Source: Macrostomum lignano (taxonomy: Eukaryota). From it: a stretch of DNA of 64,000 bases. The stretch spans positions 444,520 through 508,519 of the forward strand of contig NIVC01000136.1 in NCBI GenBank assembly GCA_002269645.1, read 5' to 3'. Below, in pieces: positions 15,001-26,689 of this stretch; the stretch's first letter is position 1, and each line of letters starts with the position of its first letter. The position numbers and the translations under genes were made by a program. The notes under the pieces are model-generated. The model had not been told where the DNA came from and did not search any database. It worked only from the letters and a program-made list of their open reading frames with translations.

Positions 15001-18000
15001 AGTCGTGGCTGAGTACATATATGCCAACGAGACAGCTTGGACCCCAATCAATGAAGTTGGCAAGCCGAAGGGAACTATTTCGTCCGGACTTACATTTGAA
15101 GTTGCCCCGAGGGCTAAAATTACAAAGATCAGGTTCACAAATGTTACTTTCTCATCTGCAGCAGATGTTACTGCTACTATTAGCCTTAAGATCTGCAAAA
15201 TGAATGGCGTTAATACTAATACTGCTGGAACTGCAACAGCCACAGCGAAGACGCCGTTCAAACCACCAACTGTTCCTCGTTACACAACAACGGAAGCGCC
15301 GACAACAACAACAACAACAACAACAGCAACAACAACAACAACAACGCCAGTCCCTACTACCACAACAACACCAAAACCAACAACAACAACAGCTCCAACA
15401 ACCACTACTACAACTCCAACAACAACAACTACAGAAATACCAACGACTACGACTACTACAACAACAGCAAAACCAAAAACAACAACCACACCAGAGACAA
15501 CGACTACCACTACAACACCAGAACCAACAACAACAACCACACCAGAGCCAACAACTACCACAACAACACCAGAACCAACAACAACAACCACACCAGAGCC
15601 AACAACTACCACAACAACACCAGAACCAACAACAACACACCAGAGCCAACGACTACACAACAACACCGCAGACAACTACCAACTACAACTACAAGTTCCT
15701 ACAACCACAACGACACCAAAAACAACAACAACTACACCAGTTCCGACAACTACAACGACGCCAACTACTACTACAACAACCACATCAGCGCCAACAACTA
15801 CTACTACAAAAGCAGCAACAACTACTACTACAGAAGCAGCAACAACTACTACTAGCCCAGCTTGCGACGAGACTTGTCTGTTGGACTTCGGCTGCGACCG
15901 AAACGCTCAAGTGCGAGCCCCTGGTGGTGCGTCCTCAGTTCAGCTGACTGACTTTAAGGGATCCATCTCAGAGCAGTTTGCGTGCATTGCAAAGACAGTC
16001 ACTTGCTGTCCAGATGGCTACAGCAAGGTCGACAAATTCTGCGTCAAGGACACGGTTGGTTGCACTACAACGCCTCCAATCGATTGTAAGTCGCCACTTC
16101 CAAGCACCTGCCTAAAAGAAGTGACATGCGAAGAGATGACATCCGTGAGATTCAGTGAGCCTGTAAACTCTAACTCCAAATGTCACAGCATTCTGTCGAA
16201 CTGCGGATCATCTATCTGTCCAACTGGATATCGAAACAACATGAAGGGATATTGTGTCAAGTACCCAGGCTCAGATACATGTCTCAGAGCCTGCCAGTGC
16301 AAGTTCAGAAACGGAACCACAACTGACATCCGCATTGATGAGTGGTGTGACATGGGTGACTGCAGAGAGTGCCAGTGCCGCTGGGACTCCAAGAAGGGAG
16401 GCAAGATTTGGAGCAACTGCCGAGCCGGCGTCTGCACATCGCATCGCCCGACCACAGCGGAGCCAATCACAACAACAACTAAGATTGTTACAACTACAAC
16501 CACGCCAGTGCCAACAACTACAGTCTTGGAGACAACAGTGGCTCCGACTCCGCCACCAGTGTGTGACAAGGTTGTCAGCGATGTATCTAGCGGCTTCTTC
16601 CTGCGCTTTGACGCTTCTTCAACAGAGGAAGGCAGAACTGTAAGCAACGCAGCGCCAACCTCTACAGGCTGGCGTTCAGCCTCCAGCGATTCCAACCCGT
16701 CGTTGAGCGTTCGCTTCAGAGACACCATCCAGCTGTCGCACATTGACATCAGCCCGTACAATATCCGTTCCGTATCCATTGACGTCAGCACCGATAATCG
16801 AGTATTTACACCTGTCAAAGATGCCTCTGGAGCCATCCGGCTGTGGAACATGAACGACAAGTTTGGCGAATATCAGCGAATTCGGCTGGCCATGCTAAAG
16901 GCGGATCTTATCGATACGCTCGCCGTGCGCATCAACATTCAGCGCATCAGGTCAGATTTGGCCACCGGCCTCAACATCCGGGTCTACGGTTGCCCGCCCG
17001 AGTGCAAATCGCCAATGGTGCCCACCAACTGCACCTGTGTGAAGACCTGCGACAAGACCGAGTGCCCGACAGGATCTGCTTGCCTGCCAGGCTGCACCTG
17101 CCCGGAGGGAATGGTAATGAACGGTGGAAAATGCATCGCTCGAACGGAGTGCCCGTGTTACTACAACGTTCAGAGCAGAGTACTCAAGGTTTGTAATATT
17201 CATCTTTGCATCAATATACATGTAGCTTCACTTCATATTTTCGATATTAATGTCATGATAACATAGCGGTACAACCCACCATCCTTTGATTATTCAGATT
17301 GGTGAGAAGATCCCGAGTGCGAAGAATTGCACAGATGTTTTGTGCACAGCTAGCGGACTGGTGCGTGAAGTGAACACAGAGCGTGACGGATGCCACAATT
17401 GCAGTAAGTTTTGAGCATTGCCTCTGCAAGTTAATTTTAATTCTATATACGCAGGTAAAAACAATTGCAAATCTACTCGTCCCTCAGCCGGTGGCATGGA
17501 GTGGACACCGTGCAAAGACTGCCACAAGACCTGCAAGCACCGCAAGATGTCTGCTGCCTGTCTCGCAACCTGCAAGCCTGGCTGCGCCTGCCCGAAGGGC
17601 ACCTACATGGACGAGGCCTCAGGAAAGTGCGTGCCCAGCTGCCCCTGCGAGATGGAGGGTGTAAAGTATCCAGTTGGAAAGAAATGGACTGACAAGTGCC
17701 GCTCCTGCGAGTGCACCATGGAAAAGGGCGCCGTGTGCAAGGAGTCCGGCTGCCATCTGTCAACTTGCCCATCTGGATATGTGATGAAGAACGACGACCC
17801 CGCCGATGGTAAGTGCTGCGAGTGCGTGCCGATCAAGTACTGCGAGTACAAGGGCGTGAAGCACCCTCTCGACACGGTGTGGTCTGACGGCCCGTGCAAG
17901 TCGCTCGAGTGCCGACGAACCTCATCGGGCGAAACCAGGCTGGTAGAGAAGATCACAGAATGCCCAGCTAAATGCGCCAACGGCATGGCACCTGTGGTAA

Positions 18001-18840
18001 AGGGCAACAAGTGCTGCTACTGCGAGCCTGTGACCACCACGACTGCTCCGACTACGACAACTACCGCTATCGTCACAACCACTGCGCCAGTCTGCACGCT
18101 ACACCTCTGCCGACTGCCATGCGGCTCCGAGTCCATGAGCAACATGACCGACGTCCGGTCCAAGTGCATCAAGTCAGGCTACGTAAACTGCGGCTACGTC
18201 TGTCCAGCCGGCTACACGATGCGCAATTTGTCGTCTGGCAACGTCGTGTGCGAGATGATCGAGGCCTGCACCACAACAACTCCCGCTACAACAACAACTA
18301 CAGCCGCCATTACAACAACCACTCTGGCTGCCACAACAACTACAAATGCTACAACAACTGAGGCGCCATCCAACTGCAAGCCGGTGACAACTGCGGCCAA
18401 GGTGCTGCGTCAGGGCGACTGCGTGTCAACCAAGGCGGTGGCCCTGACCGCCTGCGCGGGTGGCTGCTCCAGCGGTGCCTACGTGAGCGAGGCTACTGGC
18501 ATGCTGGTCAGTCAGTGCGCCTGCTGCCAGCCAACATCCACGAGCACTATGGAGACGCAGCTGTCTTGCCGTGAGTGCCTCCTCCGTTCAGTTCGTTCAA
18601 AGCAAAGTTCTCTTGAGCTAGTCTTGGAGTTCCAGACTTGAGCAAATAATACCAATATTAGTTCAATCATGTATCAATTGCACCCTGCTCAATTGAGGTA
18701 GCCTAGGCCGGGGTTTCATTCTGTGGTCAGCCTTGAACAAACAACTAATTACATGAACTATTTAACTTTCAGCTGGCGGAGTCACCAAGACGTTCAAGTA
18801 CCAGGTGATTCGGGCTTGCGGCTGTCGGAGCTGCAAGTGA
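1..18840 (+). CDS. Giant secreted mucin/hemolectin-like protein, 5'-truncated by the window. Exons: 1-12, 94-252, 334-483, 573-872, 961-1317, 1400-1916, 1994-5376, 5466-6192, 6282-6791, 6857-7996, 8101-11502, 11584-11804, 11910-14873, 14972-17188, 17298-17403, 17455-18570, 18773-18840. Domains: VWC/TIL-like Cys modules, 18 discoidin(F5/8C)-like domains with Thr-rich spacers, TIL, VWC, C-terminal cystine knot.
   Basis: All junctions are GT..AG and the phases are mutually consistent (exon sum divisible by 3, about 5,780 codons). It ends ...CQPTSTSTMETQLSC|PGGVTKTFKYQVIRACGCRSCK-TGA, a CTCK pattern. TIL-like CKDCHKTC..CLATCKPGCACPKG is present. AATAAA lies at 18961. Confidence 0.9.
12655..14290 (+). 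repeat. Recent intragenic tandem duplication (927-nt offset) of one discoidin-like domain plus its Thr spacer
   Basis: GGAGCTCCAACTACCTGCCCG at 12714 recurs at 13641. The two domain copies differ by only a few synonymous changes that I could see (CGT/CGC, AAA/AAG, TCC/TCT). Confidence 0.9.
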
Positions 18841-18960
18841 GGACTGTGATTATCATGTCTGCTGCCAATCGTGAACAGCTTAAATAACTCTGACTACTTA
18901 CTGTATGATAAAGGGGACACAGAATCTTCCGCTGTGATTTTCCTTGATGCCCGATTCTAC

Positions 18961-18966
18961 AATAAA
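18961..18966 (+). terminator. Candidate polyadenylation signal of the mucin-like gene
   Basis: AATAAA about 120 nt after the stop codon. Confidence 0.55.
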
Positions 18967-19629
18967 TATATCTTTTCTTATTTTTCTTCTCTTCCCTGGT
19001 TGAAAGGTTTCAAAACAAAATTAAAAAACTTCCAACTCACAAATCCAACATTGTTAGAATTGTACGCCATAACTGGACACGTGGATTTCGGGTGCGTAGT
19101 GTAAGGTATTCTGACTTCCTCGACTTTGTGTCACCGTAACTAGCTTCGATAAATAAGTTTGTGTTGGCTGGAAAAATTTTGTTAATACTGGACTATCATA
19201 ATTAATAACAGAAAACAAAAGAGAAGAAAAACATTGAAACAAAATTCACACGCAAAAAACTATCCTACCAACCCAGCCAACATAATTAATAAATAAAGTT
19301 ATTGTTTTCAAAACTTGTGATTCTCTATTTTTCGCGCCAAAGTACGCCTAAAAGATTTAAATTGAAAACAGCTCTTGTTATCTATAGTTTTGATCTAAAT
19401 AATTTTTTCCGTTGAAATAAAAGGACAATAGATTAGAACAAAACATATGTTTATTAGTGACAAAAGATCTGCTGGCCTTCCAGTTACGCGCACGCAGTTA
19501 AATATTTTGCTTCGGGTTTTTTCACGAAAATCGAACAACCTACTAATAGTAGCATGGTTTCCCTAAAACTACTTATATCAGATGTCGGAACTTTTCAGAA
19601 ATTCTCTAATACGAGCGTATGTGCGATAG

Positions 19630-20640
19630 TTTTTTACTCTCTCTCCCTCTCCTCAGTCTAACTCTCTCCCTCTCCTCACTCTAACTCTCTCCCTCTCCTC
19701 ACTCTAACTCTCTCCCTCTCCTCACTCTAACTCTCTCCCTCTCCTCACTCTAACTCTCTCCCTCTCCTCACTCTAACTCTCTCCCTCTCCTCACTCTAAC
19801 TCTCTCCCTCTCCTCACTCTAACTCTCTCCCTCTCCTCACTCTAACTCTCTCCCTCTCCTCACTCTAACTCTCTCCCTCTCCTCACTTTAACTATCTCCC
19901 TCTCCTCTCCCTCTCTCCCTCTCCTCACTCTAACTCTCTCCCTCTCCTCACTCTAACTCTCTCCCTCTCCTCACTCTAACTCTCTCCCTCTCCTCACTCT
20001 AACTCTCTCCCTCTCCTCACTCTAACTCTCTCCCTCTCCTCACTCTAACTCTCTCCCTCTCCTCACTCTAACTCTCTCCCTCTCCTCACTCTAACTCCCT
20101 CCCTCTCCTCACTCTAACTCTCTCCCTCTCTCACTCTAACTCCCTCCCTCTCCTCACTCTAACTCTCTCCCTCTCCTCACTCTAACTCTCTCCCTCTCCT
20201 CACTCTAACTCTCTCCCTCTCCTCACTCTAACTCTCTCCCTCTCCTCACTCTAACTCTCTCCCTCTCCTCACTCTAACTCTCTCCCTCTCCTCACTCTAA
20301 CTCTCTCCCTCTCCTCACTCTAACTCCCTCCCTCTCCTCACTCTAACTCTCTCCCTCTCCTCACTCTAACTCTATCCCTCTCCTCACTCTAACTCCCTCC
20401 CTCTCCTCACTCTAACTCTCTCCCTCTCCTCACTCTAACTCTATCCCTCTCCTCACTCTAACTCCCTCCCTCTCCTCACTCTAACTCTCTCCCTCTCCTC
20501 ACTAACCTTCTTCTTCTTCTTCTCACTGACCCTCTCCCTCTCCTCCCTCTACCCATCTCCCTCTCCTCACTCTAACCCTCTAACTTTCCTCACTCTACCA
20601 GAAATCCTCTCCCTCCTCTTCCTCTAACCCTATCCCTCTC
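19630..20640. repeat. 23-bp polypyrimidine/polypurine minisatellite (CTCTAACTCTCTCCCTCTCCTCA)n, about 35-40 copies, degenerate at the right end
   Basis: Direct inspection of the tandem units. Confidence 0.95.
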
Positions 20641-21313
20641 AAACTTCTAGTCCGGTACAAACCTCTAGTACTGGAAGTAAAAACGTCCAATCCAGTACAA
20701 GCCAATTTATGAAGTACATTTCAGACAAATTACAAGTGATGTGGGGAAATTCTGCAAAGTAATGAGTTTCATAAAAAATGAAGCTCAACTTGAGATATCG
20801 GCAAGTTACAAATGGCAAGTGAGAAGCGTTTTTTCCAAAAGCCACGTCACATGGGATGATGTCTCTACAGGACGAAGTCACGATGGATTCTTGACAAATT
20901 AATTACAGTCGCAAGCGTGAACTCTTCACAAGTGCATTGATCAGTTATCAGCTTGATTCACCAATTTTGATGTTGCTCGAGAAGCTGCTGCTTTATAAAA
21001 CAAGAGCTCACTTGAATGAAACCGATCTGATACTCGTACAGCTCGGCAAACACACCGAGATCTGAGCTTGAGAATTCGGTGCATCAAAACTTGTTGAGCT
21101 GCTACGAAGAGGCAACGTCATGTGTCATGTACAAGCAGACGGTTTTGCGACAACTTATCCGAATATCTTTGAGGCCAATTCAAGCGCTCTGCAGACAGAA
21201 TTGGCTTCAAACACCTGTCCGAGTAAAGTCAAGGAGGATCTGCTCCGCATTCTTAAAACTGGAGAGGCAGAATGGTCATTCCTCAATAAGGATTTCCTTG
21301 GGAATTAGTGATA

Positions 21314-21696
21314 GGCTCGGCCTTGGGAGTTAGCGGTACGCTCGGCCTTGGGAGTTAGCGGTACGCTCGGCCTTGGGAGTTAGCGGTACGCTCGGCCTTG
21401 GGAGTTAGCAGTACGCTCGGCCTTGGGGGTTAGCAGTACGCTCGGCCTTGGGAGTTAGCAGTACGCTCGTCCTTGGGGGTTAGCAGTACGCTCGGCCTTG
21501 GGAGTTAGCGGTACGCTCGGCCTTGGGGGTTAGCAGTACGCTCGGCCTTGGGAGTTAGCGGTACGCTCGGCCTTGGGAGTTAGCGGTACGCTCGTCCTTG
21601 GGAGTTAGCAGTACGCTCGTCCTTGGGGGTTAGCAGTACGCTCGTCCTTGGGAGTTAGCGGTACGCTCGTCCTTGGGAGTTAGCGGTACGCTCGTA
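21314..21696. repeat. 25-bp minisatellite (GCTCGGCCTTGGGAGTTAGCGGTAC)n, about 15 copies
   Basis: Unit starts at 21315, 21340 and so on, with few SNP variants. Confidence 0.95.
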
Positions 21697-22135
21697 CCCC
21701 GCTGACCAGCCAATTGAGAGGGTCATGGTTACCGGAGAAAGATTGATCTGCTCTGTTACTCTAATAGAGCTGCTTCGCTTCGCTGCCAGTGTGATCCAGA
21801 TCGAGTTGGGACTCATCCGCTTACAGGTAAGTAGAGGACCGTCACAGCTGGATTTGCATAGGATAAAAATCCATTACCTGCACCCAGTAATTGCTCTGGA
21901 GACACTTACCTGTAGTTAGAGCTGCTTACTGTCAGCTCTTTCAAAGCTCTTGTTTAAAATGGTAATTACGATGAAAACATCGTTGCAGACGAGAAGACAG
22001 GTAGATAAGTAAATAATGGGCCTAAACAGACAGCTTCATTTCAGCTGCTCTGACTCACGAACTGAGTGCTTCGCTAACAGTAAAATTCATTTACCGATGC
22101 AAACAGACGGTGGGCCTAATATCTTCGGCCTGAAT

Positions 22136-22144
22136 CTATATAAA
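22136..22144 (+). promoter_or_regulatory. Candidate TATA box of the WSC/PAN gene
   Basis: CTATATAAAA about 50 nt upstream of ATG 22190. Confidence 0.45.
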
Positions 22145-22189
22145 ACTTCTGTCTAATGCAACAGTGACAAAACCCAGTCCAGCCGGGCC

Positions 22190-23030
22190 ATGCTTCTCAG
22201 CAGGATCCTCTGCGCTGCTCCGATCCTGAGCTGCCTGATCTGCGCCGTCTCTGCGTCAGTTCCAGACATCGGACGTCGGCTGTTTTGTTGACTACACGAA
22301 TGGAACGAGAGACGTCGGTGACATGAAGCACCTCAACCTCACACGAATCGGCAGCTCCGAAGTATCTCCGATATTCGAAGGCGGTAACGCTTTTGTCGGC
22401 AGCTACTCGATAATGACCCACGAGCTGTGCGGCAGCGTCTGTGGTCTGGGAGGCTTCCAATTCGCGGCTCTGCAATCGATGTACTGGTGCTTCTGCGGCA
22501 ACTCGTACGGGTCGCTGGGCACTGCTCCTGAATCGAACTGCACTCATGCTTGCAGTGGAAACCACACGCAGAACTGCGGAGGCCACTACCGAAACCGGGT
22601 GCTCCGGCTGACCTACACCAACGGTGAGTTGCTGCTGCTGGTGGCTATATGTTCGACACCTGTTCTCTTATGTTGCGACATTGTATGTTGGCGACAAAAC
22701 TAAGTTTAAAGCAGTAACTCAAATTTCAAATGCCTTTGATTGGCGCGATTTGTTTAACTTTAAATGATTTCATTCTAAACTAAAGGTAACAACTTTTTCG
22801 TCCACGGCAACCGGACCTTCGTCGAGCTCAACAACGCTAATGCGCCGAACTTTACGACTGTCAGCGCTTCGAGTTTGATCCATTGCACGTATCTGTGCTC
22901 CAGTAAAGGTTCCGGTTGCCAGGCGGTGATCTTCAGCCAGCAGCAGCGCCTGTGCCACCTGCTTGAGTTCGCTGCGGTCCCGGCCGCCCTCAGCAGCGAA
23001 AGCAGCGGCGAATTCTTTGTCCGTGGCTGA
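22190..23030 (+). CDS. Secreted WSC-domain + PAN/apple-like protein (exons 22190-22623, 22786-23030). A 1-nt frameshift at about 22256 means it is either a pseudogene or a sequence error.
   Basis: Signal peptide MLLSRILCAAPILSCLICAVSA, then (shifted frame) QFQTSDVGCFVD...CGSVC..GFQFAALQSMYWCFCGN...CTHACSGNHTQNCGG (WSC pattern). Exon 2 has C-x3-C..C..C (PAN-like) and ends in TGA at 23030. The GT/AG phase-1 junction fits. Confidence 0.8.
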
Positions 23031-24043
23031 GTGCGAATTGAGCAATTGAGCAGAGCACTGTAGGAAACGCAATTTAGAGTCAGATCAATACGTACAAATT
23101 TCAACTAGCAAGCATGTATACCTAAGCCTAAAGTACTAACCGGTTAGAGAAGTCTGCGTTTGAAATTGACTGACCGAAATTGTAGGCAAAACTGTTTTTG
23201 CTTCAGCCTTTCTCGTCCCGAATTCCAAAAAAAATTTATTCTTCATCCCAACAGCGTTTCAATGTATATTTTCCTTGATAGTATTTGCGAATGAACTTCT
23301 GTGCGTAAGACATTCTCTTTCTACTTTTATTCTGTAAATCTCCAGAAAAAAATAAAGCTGACTGCATGTATGTGCAATCGGAGCAATGACGTATCCTTAA
23401 TTGTTTTCTGTTTTCCCTCTAAACAGCAGAAAATGTTATTTTTAAACGCGTTTACTCGTACAAGAATTTGCCTTAATGCTATTCGTAATGACGCAGCAAC
23501 CGCAGCGATCAAGACCAGGATCCGGCAGATCCCTTCGATCAGCGCGCGTCCATATCCATTTAATTGGTTCTGATGAGTACTATCGAATCGTCAATGACCA
23601 GATCGTTCGTGACGCATCCCGACCTGGCGCTATTGTAACTAAACTCGGCTCTATGTACCCTGTGGGTCTATTTTTGTCACCGAAGTCGCTGCAGAAGAGA
23701 TTAAATAAAAAGGCAGAAGCAACATAAGTTTGTTAAATTATTCTTTCCAAAGCGCTTCTGTCCGTCAAGGGCTTGGGAGTGAGGTGAGGGAGAGGGTATA
23801 GTGAGGAGAGGGAGTGGTATAGTGAGGAGAGGGAGATGAGTAGAGTCATCGCTAGTATGTCTACTCACCACTGTGCGACCATTTACTTGCGTTGGCCCCT
23901 TGCGTCTTTACCTCTACTCTATAGTACTCGTACATTATTGCAGCTGCTTTTTGCCCTTATTATATTTGAGCTTGCGTCTCATTTTTAATACTTGTCTTGT
24001 ATGAATTACAAATACGACTGGTATATGCAATACAATGCTTTAA

Positions 24044-24218
24044 GGCTCGTCCACACAGCCATCAAATAAGACAGCATTTCGTGTGACCACACAGTTTGTA
24101 CGTCAAATTTGATTCCTTTGTACATTGTTCGTGTGATTTGGTCACTCGTTTGATCGAGAACAACTAAAGCACAACTTTAGTAGTCCGGCATTGCGTTTAA
24201 TGGCAGTGTGAATGGGCC
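24044..24218. mobile_element. 175-bp MITE with about 23-bp imperfect TIRs (PIF/Harbinger/Tourist-like end sequence)
   Basis: Left end GGCTCGTCCACACAGCCATCAAA matches the reverse complement of the right end, GGCCCATTCACACTGCCATTAAA. TTAA flanks both ends. Confidence 0.7.
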
Positions 24219-25373
24219 TTAAGACTCCTGACTAAAGGTGTCACCTGTTTAGTCAAATTCTGAAATTCTAGTTGAGTAAAAAACTTCAGTGGACACAAAA
24301 CTGCCTGCAACCTTTTTTTACTGTGGCCAGCTGGAGACGGATTGAGCAGTGCGTTCGGCCAATGTAAAACCGAATTCTAATCCCCTTGAGAAACACAGAC
24401 ACCAAGACATTAGCAGCATCAAGGGTCCGATCCCTATCATTGGCGTTTAGGCAATCAATTATTCGCTCACAGGCTCCTACTTGGCAAACCCACCAATCGA
24501 CGAACTCTTCGAATTGAATCGAGTTCTTCTAGACAGCTGCTATTCCATTTATCTTATTCCGAAATCACCTCCGACCTTTAATTCGTTTCATCCGCACGTT
24601 GAAGCGGTTTTTCTGCAGCTATCATTTCGGGTCCTTAGCTGACCCAAAACAACTTTGTTGCAGGTCAGGCAAACGTTGAGTTGTGCGGAACTGCTGCTTT
24701 TTGTTTTAATTTTAGCGGTTAAATTTCAATTGAATAAAAAATTAAATGGGCTTTATATACTCTTTTGGGGGCTTGAAAGACACACTAGGAGGGGCGGGGT
24801 CATACTATATATGCTTTTAAAAAGCATTAGAGCGGCGTTAATTGGGGAAAATATTTATTATTTTATAATTGTTTACACAAAAATTGAAAATATCCCCCAT
24901 TTCGAACCCCACAGTGCCACACAGCGAAAACCTCATGCCCCCCACCCCAGCTCAACCGCCCCCATTACGATAGGCGATCTTAGTTTGTAGTTATTCTACA
25001 TAGAATTGAACAGTCTCAGTACGTATAATATGCCCTTTGTAAAATATTGCTTTTTTGTAAACGTGTTTGTCGGAACTAAAAATTTAATTCAGTACGGGGA
25101 GGGTACGGGCACCCCTACCCCCATCGACCCGCACGCCCGTTCTTCTATCTCCATGGCAGGGTTCTGCTAACCCGTACTACTTAAAGTATTCAAAACAAGG
25201 AAGTACAGTTTTGTTTTGCTGTTAAATTTAATCCGTTGATTATTGAAATCTCTTTTATTCGCTTCAATGCGACAACATGATTTTTTGCTTTGGAACTCTT
25301 TTCTGAGTTGAAAGGTTTGCTAAAGATATTCAAATTTTGGTCAGTTTTTTGCTTCAAGCGGGAACACCTCAAC

Positions 25374-26560
25374 TCAAATCTTCCAATAGGCGCACTTGTT
25401 CCCCCTGTTCATGCGGCTCGATGCCCTGCAGTTGAAGGACTTGGCGAACTCCTTGTTGTGAGACATGACGCTGTCAACTCTAAACTGGGTGATTTCGTGC
25501 GGTTCAAAATATTTGCAGCCCCTAATTTTTATCATCTGTCTATAAGCGAGCTGCGCTGCCAGTGTAAAAAACAGCCGATTGAGCTAGAATTGGTCAGCAG
25601 ATCCAGTTCGGCAGAGTCCACCTGCGGCTTGGCTGGTGTTGCTCAGCTCAATGAATGCTTTAGTAGCCAGCTCTAGGATTTGCAGATCCTGCACGAAGGC
25701 GTGCATATGAGATGGAAGACGCATCCGCTTGCTTTCCGAAAGTTTCAGCTTTGTTGCATTGAAGCTGGCTCCTTCTGGGTAGCTGTCGTTGATAAATCTA
25801 TCTAAAGCTGTCGAAGAAAGGGTTTTTGATCCAGAATCGATGTTGTGGATATTCTTGAACAGATAAATACTTTACCATCCACTTGGAGCAAAGACAGTCA
25901 AAAACAACAATTTGGATTTTTTGGCATAGGCCTGAACAAGAGGCGCATAGGCTCTTTTCAGGGCTGGTACAAATTCGCCCGATTCTCCTTCGTCCGACAG
26001 TTCGAAAAAGTCAGCAGTGTATTTTAGCCTTTGAAGTCGTTTAATGGTTTGATTTGACCTTAATTCTGAGATGTTACACTTTGTATAGCGACCCTCTTGA
26101 CGATCTGAAATTTCTATACTCGTAATTTAGCTGATTTACTAATGGGACACAGGGGCGACTCCTGATGTTCCCGTGCCCCTAAGTCCTCGAGTCATTGGCG
26201 TGGAAACTCCGGATCCCCTTCGCGGTGGAAGGAGGCTTCGGAGTGGCTCTGGCCGTACGGCGGCATCGGTGAGCAAATCGGCACTGAGCTCTGGAGCAGC
26301 TACCAGTCCGTTGAAGTCAAAGCAGATTCCCTGGCCTACTTTTCGAGTTGCACGAGCATTCGCCTGATCCGATTTAGATCCACACAGCGCAACAGAATTA
26401 CGCTGCCTCAAGCCCTAGGTCAGATCATTCCAACTCTGATTCTGTTGCTTCTGTGTGCGACACTCGTAATCTTCGCCGATCAAAGCCAAGGTCGAACATT
26501 TCGCCAACCCATGCATTAAAGCGAAGATACTCAGCCAGCTCCGCACTGTTGTATTATTGG
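25374..26560 (-). pseudogene. Decayed M13 (neprilysin/ECE-like) metallopeptidase C-terminal fragment
   Basis: The minus-strand translation ends LNRLFFTLAAQ...QFRVDSVMSHNKEFAKSFNCRASSRMNRGNKCAYWKI*. This matches the M13 C-terminal signature (xLFFxxxAQ; FRV..N..EFAKAFNC...S.MN...KC..W). Several stops and shifts lie upstream, and no HExxH was found. The 5' limit is uncertain. Confidence 0.55.
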
Positions 26561-26571
26561 TGTACTAGCTT

Positions 26572-26689
26572 TGTGCTAGAAAAGAAAATTATCAGCCTCT
26601 GGGGCTGCGACTCACTTATCTGTATATTGAAGCATGACTGAGCCATAGGTATAAAATAAGCATTTACATTTGCATTCGTTGGAAACACA
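26572..26689 (-). repeat. 3' LTR (or LTR part), TG..CA, preceded by a polypurine tract
   Basis: The minus strand reads AAAGGGGGAGAGATAT|TGTGTTTCC...TAGCACA. There is a near-identical direct repeat at 30197-30313. Confidence 0.7.

Noticed and set aside
2406-15947. Val-rich antisense and Gln-rich alternate-frame ORFs over the mucin
   Set aside because: They are shadow frames of ACA/ACN Thr-codon repeats.
1-18840. Identification as a known flatworm adhesive protein (ap1/ap2 type)
   Set aside because: From memory those have Lys/Arg-rich or non-Thr repeat cores and no discoidin array; no match can be supported without a search.
19326-19342. E2F-like site TTTTCGCGCCAAA
   Set aside because: It is a single short motif with no associated downstream gene model.
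20880-22030. Short ORF-like or exon-like pieces on both sides of the 25-bp array
   Set aside because: No recognisable domain and no consistent splice model could be built.
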